Shown: positions 1 through 8,396 of the stretch, piece by piece
How the letters are laid out: each line of letters starts with the position of its first letter
How positions within the stretch are numbered: position 1 is the stretch's first letter
NCBI GenBank assembly: GCA_015233405.1
Contig: JADFXT010000006.1
Coordinates: 3,848 to 67,847 of the forward strand
Origin: Candidatus Omnitrophota bacterium
Lineage (GTDB): Bacteria > Omnitrophota > Gorgyraeia > Zapsychrales > Zapsychraceae
Direction: 5' to 3'
Length of the DNA: 64,000 bases
Notes under the pieces: generated by a model
Database searches by the model: none
The model's input: the letters and a program-made list of their open reading frames with translations, nothing else
What the model was told of the DNA's origin: nothing
Made by a program: the position numbers and the translations under genes

Positions 1-3000
1 ACATCAACGCCTTCCTTGGGTAAAGCCCCTTTTCCTTTTTCTAAATAATTTAAAAATGCCAAACGTGTGGCTTCACTATACTGCCGGCCTTCCACAACCT
101 GTTCTAACGGAGCTGTGATCATTTTTATAAAACTATCGACTGAATTCTTTCCCGAATTGTTGCTCACTGATTCGATCCCGCGCTCAACCATATTATTGGT
201 AAAAAAGCTCCTGAGCTGACGCACGACCTGCCACTCGGCAAAAGAAGGCAACCCTGCCACCTTGGCGCCTAATTCAGGATCCGCCTTGGCCAGATACTCT
301 TTCATGGCCTGAGGAATCGGCGTTTCTGTGCCTATCAAATCGTTCATATCGACGCTGAATACAAATTCATCCAACCCGCGCTGGTGTACCATTTGCCTGT
401 ATTCACTCAAGGGCACTATGGCGTTACACTTTTCCATTAATGCGTCCAATGCTTCTTCTTCAGATGGGCTCAAAACAACGCCGGCCTTACGCAGTTCACT
501 GACAAATCCATAAATATGATAGACCGTGTCAAAAACATTTCTCCATGGAGAATTTCTCGGGCTTTCAGACCATTTTTCTTGTTCCGACTGGGACTTGGCG
601 TACCCCATATTTTCTTCAAGATTCTTGCCTATTCCTACGATGTATTGTCCTTTTAACGATAACCCGCCTTGAGGTTCATAGGGTAAAACACCTTGGCCGT
701 TGCTGACAGTAAATGTTATTTCAGGATATCCTTTTCTATCATCGATCTTCTGCTCGCCTGATGCGTTTCCTACCTCGCTCAATGTGGGGTGTTCCGTAAG
801 CAAAGACACTCTTTTCATTTCTTCAGAATAAAATAACCCTTTTCCTTTAACGACAATAAAATGCCTAAGTTTGTTCCTTGTTTCGTAAACGCCGACAACC
901 TGATACTGATCGCCAACCTTTACACCCAGCTTGGCGGATGCAGTTTCATCCGCTGTTTTCCAACCAGTTTCTTCATCTTTTATCCTTTGATATTCCTCAA
1001 AGGCCTGCATATAAATAAACATCTCCCTGCCATTATCCCTGACAACACTCGCAGACTGTTCCACGTTCGCTCTTTTGTTCATATTGCGAAAAGGTGAATC
1101 TTTAAACTGCTTTTTCATGATGGCAGCCCTTTGGCTGTCAGTTAAAGGAAAACTATGCTGGTTAATATCTTCCCAGCTTAATGCGTTTGGTTCTTCGGCG
1201 TCAATATTGCTGCTTTTAAGATCAGCTTTATGGATCTCTCCTTCTTCATTGATGACATACAACGGTAAATTACTCTTTCGAGCGGCATCCACTGCTTGTT
1301 CTTTGGAAATAGTCGCATAATATCCCTGGGCACTCTCAAAGAAAAATAAACCACTAACGACGGGTTCAGCCACAACAACCTCCGTGTAACCCCTAACCCC
1401 GCTGCTTTCGGCCGCTGCATTAAAATTGCTTTGCATATCGTTCATATCACTATTCACTGTTCTTACGGAATATATATCGTCGGGTTCACGTCCGGTATCG
1501 CCTTTGCTCACATTGACAATGGTACCCTTTGATAAAATGGCGCCAAACCCGCACCAGCCTGGATTGGGCTGAACAAGGCGATTGCTTTGATCCATGCGCC
1601 GTGTATACGTAGAAAGCGTGGGCATAAAAGCCATCATCATCTCAAGTTTCTCGAACACGCTACGCCGGTTCGCAGCTCCACCGCCTTCTAATTCTCGGTT
1701 ATTTTTTGATAGATCTTGAATACCGTGAAGGACCAGAACATTTTTTTGGTCGCCAACCTGAACGGTATCAGCAATGTTCTCCTCAAATATTTTGAGAGGA
1801 TCGGCAGATTTTATCGCTAATTCATTGGATGCTGGCGCCGCTGTATGCCGCACGCCTTCAGCCGTAACAATATCGTCCTTATCATTAATTTCCTGCTGAA
1901 CGCTCATGGCCTGGTCTTTATTAAGCAACGCTGGCCCAAGAATTCTTTTAACGATCTTTCCAAAATTATCTCCTGCTTTCGTGGCATAAGATGCCGCCCC
2001 GCCGGAGAAGTATTTCTTAGGAATAACGGATTGACTGACAGGGTCGTACTCTTCTTTAATAATGTTATACACGCCCTTACGGAAGGCCTTCACATATTGG
2101 TTCCAAATCTCCTGATTCGTCTTCGGGTCTTTCTGGTCGACACCTTTGACCTTGGATTTATCCGCGTAAACTTTTGCCAAAATAGATTCCTTTAAAACTC
2201 TCTTGTACCACGCCGCCAAAAGCATTCCGCTGTAAACCTGGCGTAACGGCGCGAAATTCTTTCCTTCATTGACTTCTTTTTCGAGCGCGGGAATAATGAC
2301 GTCATTTAAAACCTTCGTCGACATCTCACTTAAATTTTTGGTCTTATTCTTGACCTCTCCCGCGGCATTCTTGATGGCATTATGTTCGAGCGCCACATAA
2401 TCCTCTTCCAGCATAACTTTCAAATGATTCTCAATTACATAAGCCGTATTATCTTTTTCATAAATGACCGCGTTATCCGGGACGATCCACACTTTGTTGA
2501 ATGTGTCGACGGGAACATCGACGGTCCCATAAAGTTCATACGCTTTCTTATAAACCTTGTTCCAGAACGCCTTGCCGACCTCGCTCTCCGGGAACATCAA
2601 AGATGAGGTAATTTGCTTAAGTAAATAATCCTGCGCCAAAAGGTCACGGCCCATTTCTGTAAGCCCAAAATCTTCTTCCACGATGCGGTTCTTTTCGTAA
2701 GGCGAAAGGTTGACCCACTGGTTCTCATCCGGAACAGCTAAAGACGCTAAGAAATATTTAATGAGATTCGTATAAACATCCTGTTTCTGGTCGGGAGCGA
2801 AATTTTGATCGCCGCGATGGATAATAAAATCGAATTTGAAAGGATCTTCAGGATGGATAGTAATGCCTTTAAGAATGGCTGGCATGAAAGCTGAGCTTAA
2901 ATTGACCATCGTGCCCGGCACGGGCATCCATGGCATTTCCTGCGCTCTCGCCGGTGGCAATATGGAAGTCAAACAAAAAGCAACCAGAATAATAATGCTA

Positions 3001-3023
3001 ACAATTTGTTTTAACCGTTTCAT
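1..3023 (-). CDS. Large secreted protein, paralog A of a three-member family (first ~1007 codons; C-terminus lies beyond the left window edge)
   Basis: Not in the supplied ORF track because there is no stop inside the window. The ATG is the cat at 3021-3023. Hand translation MKRLKQIVSIIILVAFCLTSILPPARAQEMPWMPVPGTMVNLSSAFMPAILKGITIHPEDPFKFDF... stays open in the stretches I translated at both ends. The N-terminus looks like a signal peptide. The first ~340 aa align with ORFs 42160..44469 and 45494..49432 (WVNLSPYEKNRI, GRDLLAQDYLLKQITSSLM, TFNKVWIVP, LKVMLEEDY, KKYFSGG). Confidence 0.8.
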   Translation of the reverse strand, partial: MKRLKQIVSIIILVAFCLTSILPPARAQEMPWMPVPGTMVNLSSAFMPAILKGITIHPEDPFKFDFIIHRGDQNFAPDQKQDVYTNLIKYFLASLAVPDENQWVNLSPYEKNRIVEEDFGLTEMGRDLLAQDYLLKQITSSLMFPESEVGKAFWNKVYKKAYELYGTVDVPVDTFNKVWIVPDNAVIYEKDNTAYVIENHLKVMLEEDYVALEHNAIKNAAGEVKNKTKNLSEMSTKVLNDVIIPALEKEVNEGKNFAPLRQVYSGMLLAAWYKRVLKESILAKVYADKSKVKGVDQKDPKTNQEIWNQYVKAFRKGVYNIIKEEYDPVSQSVIPKKYFSGGAASYATKAGDNFGKIVKRILGPALLNKDQAMSVQQEINDKDDIVTAEGVRHTAAPASNELAIKSADPLKIFEENIADTVQVGDQKNVLVLHGIQDLSKNNRELEGGGAANRRSVFEKLEMMMAFMPTLSTYTRRMDQSNRLVQPNPGWCGFGAILSKGTIVNVSKGDTGREPDDIYSVRTVNSDMNDMQSNFNAAAESSGVRGYTEVVVAEPVVSGLFFFESAQGYYATISKEQAVDAARKSNLPLYVINEEGEIHKADLKSSNIDAEEPNALSWEDINQHSFPLTDSQRAAIMKKQFKDSPFRNMNKRANVEQSASVVRDNGREMFIYMQAFEEYQRIKDEETGWKTADETASAKLGVKVGDQYQVVGVYETRNKLRHFIVVKGKGLFYSEEMKRVSLLTEHPTLSEVGNASGEQKIDDRKGYPEITFTVSNGQGVLPYEPQGGLSLKGQYIVGIGKNLEENMGYAKSQSEQEKWSESPRNSPWRNVFDTVYHIYGFVSELRKAGVVLSPSEEEALDALMEKCNAIVPLSEYRQMVHQRGLDEFVFSVDMNDLIGTETPIPQAMKEYLAKADPELGAKVAGLPSFAEWQVVRQLRSFFTNNMVERGIESVSNNSGKNSVDSFIKMITAPLEQVVEGRQYSEATRLAFLNYLEKGKGALPKEGVD

Positions 3024-3050
3024 ATGCCCCCTTCATATCTAACTTTCTCC

Positions 3051-3086
3051 AAAAAAAATACCTATTCCCAAATAATTAGGAATAGG
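3051..3086 (-). terminator. Intrinsic terminator acting as expression platform of the paralog A riboswitch
   Basis: Minus-strand RNA CCUAUUCC-UAAUUAUUUG-GGAAUAGG followed by UA + U8. It lies between the aptamer and the RBS/ATG at 3023. Confidence 0.75.
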
Positions 3087-3098
3087 TTTCTCATGTTC

Positions 3099-3186
3099 GC
3101 GACTTCGGTGGTCAGGCTGTCCTATTCCTTTAGGACCCTATAACTTTGCGCCCCCACCTTACGATGGGTTTGCCATTTCGATTCAC
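3099..3186 (-). promoter_or_regulatory. c-di-GMP-I (GEMM-I) riboswitch aptamer, copy A
   Basis: Minus-strand RNA AAUGGCAAACCCAUCGUAAGGUGGGGGCGCAAAGUUAUAGGGUCCUAAAGGAAUAGGACAGCCUGACCACCGAAGUCGC. It shows GGCAAAC, then a GNRA(GUAA)-capped stem, then GCGCAAAG, then CCUAAA, in the order I recall for the V. cholerae Vc2 aptamer. Confidence 0.8.
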
Positions 3187-3193
3187 TATAATA

Positions 3194-3223
3194 AGTATAA
3201 AATATTAATAGGAGAAATGCCAG
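3194..3223 (-). promoter_or_regulatory. Candidate sigma70-type promoter of the riboswitch A leader (CTGGCA-18-TATACT)
   Basis: Reverse-complement reading. The same layout (TTGGCA-18-TATACT, followed by TAT) recurs upstream of riboswitch copy B at 44745..44774. The predicted transcription start is a few nt before the aptamer. Confidence 0.5.
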
Positions 3224-3280
3224 CAAATGAAGCCTTTTTTAATGGAAACAGGAAAACGGTTCCTTTTAAAGACTAACCAA

Positions 3281-3317
3281 GAGAAAAAAAAGAAGCCTCT
3301 GATTTGAAAAAATCAGA
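3281..3317 (-). terminator. Possible terminator after the Fic gene
   Basis: Minus-strand hairpin UCUGAUUU-UUUC-AAAUCAGA, then GGCUUC and U8. The U-run is separated from the stem by 6 nt, so this is weak. Confidence 0.35.
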
Positions 3318-3321
3318 TCAA

Positions 3322-4509
3322 TCAGGCAAGCGCAGAGGTGGATAAATCTCTTAACAAATAACTCGTACTTCGTCCGCCTGCGGAATCTTTCTTCAAAATT
3401 CCTTTCTCCACAAGTTCAAGAATATCTCTGTGAGCTGTATCCTGAGAACACTTCGTTATTTTCGCCCATTTTGATGAAGTAAGTTTACCTTCAAAACCTT
3501 CAAATAACTTTTTAATCATGGTTTGCTGGCGAGCATTTAAGGATGCACCCTGGTGAGCATCCCAAAATTTTGCTTGTTTAAACACTGCGGCCAATGTATT
3601 TTCCGTTGTGTCAAGCGCCCGGTTCAAGCAAGCTAAAAACCACACAAGCCATGCTGTAATATCAACGCCTGCCTGTCCGGCAGGCAGGCCTGCTTTCGAG
3701 GTATCAGTATTCTTTTGCGTTTTCTCAAGAACATCATAATAAGCACTACGTTCTTGTCGAATCTGAACAGACATACTGTAAAAACGATTTTTACTGCCGT
3801 CGGCACGTGCAAGCTGCATATCAGAAATCGCTCGCGCTATACGTCCATTGCCATCATCAAATGGATGAAGCGTCACGAACCACAAATGGGCTATTGCCGC
3901 CTTTAGCACTGGGTCTATATCCATCGTTTTACCTGTGGCAAGCGAAGCCGAACCATTAAACCAATTTAAAAAATCTTTCATTTCTTTTTTAAGACGTTTG
4001 GCTTCTGGTGCTTCATAATGCACTTTTTCACGTCCAACAGGACCAGACACAACCGTCATAGGCCCATTTTTATCATCACGCCAAGCGCCAACGATGATTT
4101 TATGCATTCCGCTTCTGCCAGCAGGAAATAAACTGGCCTGCCAGCCAAACATCCTATTCTTGGTAAGAGGCTTATCAAATTTCTGAGTGGCGTCGAGCAT
4201 CATTTCGACAATGCCGTCCACATGACGATCAGAAGGAACAAGCCCGCCAACGTCCATGCCCAACCTGCGGGCAATAGATGAACGCACTTGGGCGGCATCA
4301 AGAATTTCACCTTCGATCTCACTGCTCTTTAAAACATCCAGCGTAAGAGTTTTAAGAACGGCCTCACAGCGCAAAGAAAACCCTAAAGATTCCATCCGGC
4401 CGAGCAACCTTCCCTGACGATTTCTTACAGAACCCAACACAGAGGCAATCTGTCCTTCGTCCCATGTGAATTTCGGCCAAATTTTTAACTGGTGAATATA
4501 TTTCATCAT
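3322..4509 (-). CDS. Fic/DOC family protein (Fic_N-type N-terminus, Fic core, C-terminal winged-helix-like tail)
   Basis: Carries the Fic motif HPFDDGNGRIARA. The N-terminal segment SSEIEG matches the [ST]xxxE[GN] inhibitory-helix motif. MMKYIHQLKIWPKFTWD is a typical family start. The track ORF start at 4575 lies inside the predicted promoter, so I prefer ATG 4509 or 4506. Confidence 0.85.
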   Translation of the reverse strand: MMKYIHQLKIWPKFTWDEGQIASVLGSVRNRQGRLLGRMESLGFSLRCEAVLKTLTLDVLKSSEIEGEILDAAQVRSSIARRLGMDVGGLVPSDRHVDGIVEMMLDATQKFDKPLTKNRMFGWQASLFPAGRSGMHKIIVGAWRDDKNGPMTVVSGPVGREKVHYEAPEAKRLKKEMKDFLNWFNGSASLATGKTMDIDPVLKAAIAHLWFVTLHPFDDGNGRIARAISDMQLARADGSKNRFYSMSVQIRQERSAYYDVLEKTQKNTDTSKAGLPAGQAGVDITAWLVWFLACLNRALDTTENTLAAVFKQAKFWDAHQGASLNARQQTMIKKLFEGFEGKLTSSKWAKITKCSQDTAHRDILELVEKGILKKDSAGGRSTSYLLRDLSTSALA

Positions 4510-4565
4510 TTTCCCCATATTTTGTGCGGAAATAACACCATTTATTCTCCGCATCCTATGCGTAG

Positions 4566-4594
4566 AATATACCATGGATTCTCCGCATGCGCAA
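4566..4594 (-). promoter_or_regulatory. Candidate promoter of the Fic gene (TTGCGC-17-TATATT)
   Basis: Reverse-complement reading of 4594..4566. It is overlapped by an 18-nt direct repeat ATGCGGAGAATnnATGGT at 4571..4588, repeated at 4537..4554. Confidence 0.45.
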
Positions 4595-4904
4595 GCTGAA
4601 ATACAATTAACTTTTTTAGGTTATTTCTCTTCGCTAGAAAACATTTAAAAGTAAGACTTGGACCCTTGATGGAAAAGATTTATGGATTTTGTGGAAATCC
4701 CTACGGCTGACCGAAGACGAAACCTGCCTGCCGGCAGGCAGGTGTCTGAGGAAGTGGTTGAGCATCTGCGAAACCATCGGGCGAAACTGACCTCGGACGC
4801 AATGTCCGAGGGAATGGTTGAGCCATCGGGTGAAACCACAACCCTTTACCTCGCTTCGCTCGTCCAAGGGTGTTCTTTTCGCCTCGTCTAAAGAAAGGAA
4901 GGCG

Positions 4905-4943
4905 AAAAACAAAAAAAACGGCAGGGTCATTAAAACCCTGCCG
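4905..4943 (-). terminator. Rho-independent terminator downstream of ORF 4974..5336
   Basis: Minus-strand CGGCAGGGU-UUUAAUG-ACCCUGCCG followed by U8 G U5. Confidence 0.7.
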
Positions 4944-4973
4944 CTTCGCCCGTGCTTCCCTCACGAGCATAGG

Positions 4974-5336
4974 TTAAGTCAGAATCGCTGACTTTTTGGG
5001 GGAGAAGATATCTGTTTTCCAATAAATTTGTATATTCAAATTATGCTGGAAATTCACTTTAAGGATCATGCGCTGATGTGCCATAAAAAAACTCCCGACG
5101 CATTTCAAATTGACCTGTTCAAGCTTATGTTTTGTATCAATAGATTTTGTAATAAAAATCTCCGGGGATTCAGGAACTTCAGGCTCCTCTGTCAGCTTAT
5201 TGACTTCCGTGACCCGATAAAAGAAACTTTTACGGATATGCGTAATGCAATCCTTGTCCTCTATCTTTTGGCAGATAGACAACTCCTTCGTCCCTTTTTC
5301 GAAATCTTTTTTATTTTTGAAGATCACCCGTTTCAT
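4974..5336 (-). CDS. Hypothetical protein (121 aa from MKRVIFKNKKDFEKG)
   Basis: ORF track 4974..5438. An internal ATG at 5336 has AGGGGA about 8 nt upstream, and the terminator follows directly. No recognisable motifs. A mirror plus-strand ORF 5028..5381 is the alternative. Confidence 0.45.
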   Translation of the reverse strand: MKRVIFKNKKDFEKGTKELSICQKIEDKDCITHIRKSFFYRVTEVNKLTEEPEVPESPEIFITKSIDTKHKLEQVNLKCVGSFFMAHQRMILKVNFQHNLNIQIYWKTDIFSPKKSAILT

Positions 5337-5639
5337 TTTCTCGTCCCCTTTTGTTTTTCCCTTCCTCCATTGAAAGTATAACACCCCAGGAAGGGCTAAC
5401 AAGAGCACGGGCTCGCTTTGCGGGAACCGTTTTCTCATTTTTATCAGCGACGAGGATATAAAAAAGGCGGGAAAATAATAGGAAAAAACTTTTTTAAAAA
5501 TTCTTGGAATTTAAAAAGAAAGGATTATTTGGTAAAAATATAAGCTTATTTTTTATTTTTTTATTCTTAAGAATTAAAGAATATTTCAAAATGAACGTTT
5601 TCTAGCCAAATTATTGAAAAATTGGCAAAAAAACTCATT

Positions 5640-6287
5640 TTATAGGGTTTCTGCAGGTTCTTTGGCCTTTTTTCTGAATGGAAACGGCACTTTGGATTCT
5701 TGGCCAGACAAAAGCCGCTTAATATTGGACTTGTGGCGGAAGACAACAAAAATACAGAAAATAATACCTAAAACAACAATTTGTAACGGTTGGCTTGTCA
5801 ACACCATATAAATAGGAAGCGCTGTGGCCGCAACGATAGAAGAAAGAGATACAAATCCTGTTAACAAAAAACATACCACCCATGTTAACACGGTCCCTAA
5901 TAAGACCGGCCGGATGACAGCAATTTTAATAGTAAGCCCAATGAGCACGCCCAAAGTCGTGGCAATGCCTTTGCCGCCTTTAAATTGAAGAAAGCAGGTC
6001 CAATTGTGACCGCAGACAACAGTCAAAGCCATAAGGACTCTTGGCAAAATATCCGGCGTTCCCAAGAGGTCGGGAACAACACTCACGGCAACCACGCCTT
6101 TTAAAATATCCAGAATTAAAACTAGAATCCCCGGGCCTTTTCCCAAGACACGAAAGACATTCGTCGCCCCGACATTGCCGGAGCCATGTTGACGGATATC
6201 AATCCCTTTGAGCAACTTCCCGAAAATATAGGCCGTTGGAATAGAGCCGATAAGATAACTAATAATCATTCCTAAAGCAATCATCAT
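5640..6287 (-). CDS. plsY: Glycerol-3-phosphate acyltransferase PlsY
   Basis: Motifs GSGNVGATN and FKGGKG; polytopic membrane profile; 215 aa. Confidence 0.9.
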   Translation of the reverse strand: MMIALGMIISYLIGSIPTAYIFGKLLKGIDIRQHGSGNVGATNVFRVLGKGPGILVLILDILKGVVAVSVVPDLLGTPDILPRVLMALTVVCGHNWTCFLQFKGGKGIATTLGVLIGLTIKIAVIRPVLLGTVLTWVVCFLLTGFVSLSSIVAATALPIYMVLTSQPLQIVVLGIIFCIFVVFRHKSNIKRLLSGQESKVPFPFRKKAKEPAETL

Positions 6288-6850
6288 TTGATCCCTCCTG
6301 TGTTAAGGACTTTCATGCCGGTGCGAATATAATCGACGGCAGAAATAAATGTAAAAACTAACATGACATCCCAAATAATAAAAGAAAACGGCCACTGAAG
6401 AAAAATGCCGATAACGGAGACGACTTGAAGAAAGGTCGTGCTTTTTCCCCAAAAGGTCGGCGCCACATCAAGCGTTCGCTGGACCAAATAAAGGATCAAT
6501 CCTCCGACGACCAAAAAAAGATCCCGGCTAATAACCGCAATCACAATCCAGCCCGGGAAACGGATCGGGTCATGCCAAAAGCTTCCCTTATAATACAGAC
6601 AGATAAAAGCGCTCATCAAAAGCAGCTTGTCCGCCAACGGATCTAAAATAGCACCCGCTTTTGTTTTTTCGCGGAATGTGCGCGCCACGTAGCCGTCAAT
6701 CGCATCCGAGATGACAGCAAACAAAAAAATCCCCAGCGCCGTCCATCGCAGATAATCTTTGTCCGGAGAATCATAAAAGACAGCAGCAATGAAAAACGGC
6801 ACCGCAAGAATCCGGCAAATCGTAATCTTATTAGCGAAGGTTAGAGACAT
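6284..6850 (-). CDS. pgsA: CDP-alcohol phosphatidyltransferase (PgsA-like)
   Basis: DAIDGYVAR...GAILDPLADK matches the DG(x)2AR(x)8G(x)3D(x)3D motif. There is a 4-nt overlap with plsY. Confidence 0.85.
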   Translation of the reverse strand: MSLTFANKITICRILAVPFFIAAVFYDSPDKDYLRWTALGIFLFAVISDAIDGYVARTFREKTKAGAILDPLADKLLLMSAFICLYYKGSFWHDPIRFPGWIVIAVISRDLFLVVGGLILYLVQRTLDVAPTFWGKSTTFLQVVSVIGIFLQWPFSFIIWDVMLVFTFISAVDYIRTGMKVLNTGGIK

Positions 6851-6860
6851 AACAAGAACC

Positions 6861-7889
6861 TTATTTTTGAAACGATGTTTTACTTAAAAACTGTTGCCTA
6901 AAGATAAATGAAGCCATTTGCTCAGCTACAATTTCATGTCCTCTAATGTTAGGATGCCACGGATCAAACCACGCACCCGGGGCACTTTTACAGCGGACAT
7001 CCTCCTGCCTATATTGTTTAAAAGCGTCTATCCCGTCCAAAAATAAAAGACGATTTCTTTCTGCAAATGATTTCAGGTCCCGATGTATATTGGAATACGG
7101 ATATCTAGAAAAGTCGTGCAAGTATTTTGAAAAAACAGGATGAACATAAAACAATACCGGCACATGATGATCGCTAGACCACCGTCCTATCTCCTCTACG
7201 CCCGCTCTCACTTGGTCCTTATAAAGAGCATGCAAAAATTGATGATATTCCTTGTTTTTGCCAATCCCGACGATGTTTTCTCGAATATAAAAAAGTTTTC
7301 TTGCGATATAAGCCATTAAGGCTGACTTGGGATGCGAGAAATATATTGCCGCGTCATTGTTGCCAAAATGGTATAACGGATTGGCTGGATCATTCAGGCA
7401 ATAAGACCAAATAATTAAATCCGGATGATATAATCCCGCCTCTTTCTTAAGAATTCTCAACTCTTGCGACATCGCATATCCGATCCTGGCTAAAATAACA
7501 ACTTCAATACGCCTGTCGATCACATTTTTCTGTAACAAATCTTCCAAAACATGCGGAAAACTTTTCCCGTCGCTTAAGCCTGCCCCGCCGGCGATAGAAT
7601 CCCCAATGACGACAATCCGAAAAACGCCCTGAGGCTTGGCAAATGAGTGTTCTGTATCACGATACCCTTCGGAATTGACACCGGGAGCATCTTTTCGATA
7701 TTCATAGATTAATACCGGATCAGCTGAAGCCGTGAATATCGTTTGTGTCCCATCGGCAGAATGTCCTCTCACCAGCTTTTGATGCATTAAGTTATCATGC
7801 GCTCGGCATAAAAATTCAAGAGAAAGAACCAGAAGAACGAAAAAAAAGACCCACTTAAACCGCCAAAAATATTGAATCCGATTATTCAA
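6861..7889 (-). CDS. SGNH/GDSL-type hydrolase family protein with N-terminal membrane anchor
   Basis: VVIGDSIAGG (GDS block) and DPWHPNIRGH (DxxH block); hydrophobic N-terminus. Confidence 0.6.
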   Translation of the reverse strand: MNNRIQYFWRFKWVFFFVLLVLSLEFLCRAHDNLMHQKLVRGHSADGTQTIFTASADPVLIYEYRKDAPGVNSEGYRDTEHSFAKPQGVFRIVVIGDSIAGGAGLSDGKSFPHVLEDLLQKNVIDRRIEVVILARIGYAMSQELRILKKEAGLYHPDLIIWSYCLNDPANPLYHFGNNDAAIYFSHPKSALMAYIARKLFYIRENIVGIGKNKEYHQFLHALYKDQVRAGVEEIGRWSSDHHVPVLFYVHPVFSKYLHDFSRYPYSNIHRDLKSFAERNRLLFLDGIDAFKQYRQEDVRCKSAPGAWFDPWHPNIRGHEIVAEQMASFIFRQQFLSKTSFQK

Positions 7890-7926
7890 TATTGACTCCG
7901 CTGATTATAAATGAAGAACATTCCCT

Positions 7927-8262
7927 CTATTCATCCACCCATTTTAACTTAACGCCGGTTTCAGGATCATATTCCACATTCGGCGCATATCTTTTTCCCG
8001 TCGACGGAGAATATTTAACACGATGGTTTCCTTTTAAAGATTCCGCCACGGAATTGACCGCTGTCTGGGTCTGGGGGTTGTTCTCAATATCTTTGACCAC
8101 ATTATTCAGCTGTTTGTCCGTCAAGTCCTTGCCCGTTAAGGCCTTTGCGGCCGTTGTTAATGCAGTCTTCGCATCCTGGGGATTTTCCTTCGATGAAACA
8201 GGTCTAACCGTCTGACATCCAAACACGCAGACGATAAAAAACAATAACGAAATCCGAAGCAT
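7927..8262 (-). CDS. Small putative lipoprotein
   Basis: The internal start MLRISLLFFIVCVFGCQ has a lipobox-like FGC. The upstream part of track ORF 7927..8400 translates a cgaaat-type repeat and is probably not coding. Confidence 0.5.
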   Translation of the reverse strand: MLRISLLFFIVCVFGCQTVRPVSSKENPQDAKTALTTAAKALTGKDLTDKQLNNVVKDIENNPQTQTAVNSVAESLKGNHRVKYSPSTGKRYAPNVEYDPETGVKLKWVDE

Positions 8263-8396
8263 AAAATCCGAAATCCGAGACAAGGCCCAAAATTCTAAGC
8301 TCGAAATCTTAAACAAATCAGGAATAATTTGTTTCGAATTTTGATATTCGAATTTGATTCCATTTGTTTCGATTTTCGTGCTTTGATATTCAGATT

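Noticed and set aside
3194-3223. Sigma-54 promoter reading of the conserved TGGCA box upstream of both riboswitches
   Set aside because: There is no TTGC(A/T) element at the -12 spacing. The conserved partner is TATACT 18 nt downstream, which fits a sigma-70-type promoter better.
4634-4970. Four overlapping ORFs on both strands (4634..4930, 4645..4839, 4682..4891, 4701..4970)
   Set aside because: They are mutually overlapping in a GC-rich repeat/palindrome block and have Arg/Pro/Gly-rich composition typical of GC-driven open frames. A terminator for the upstream gene lies inside them.
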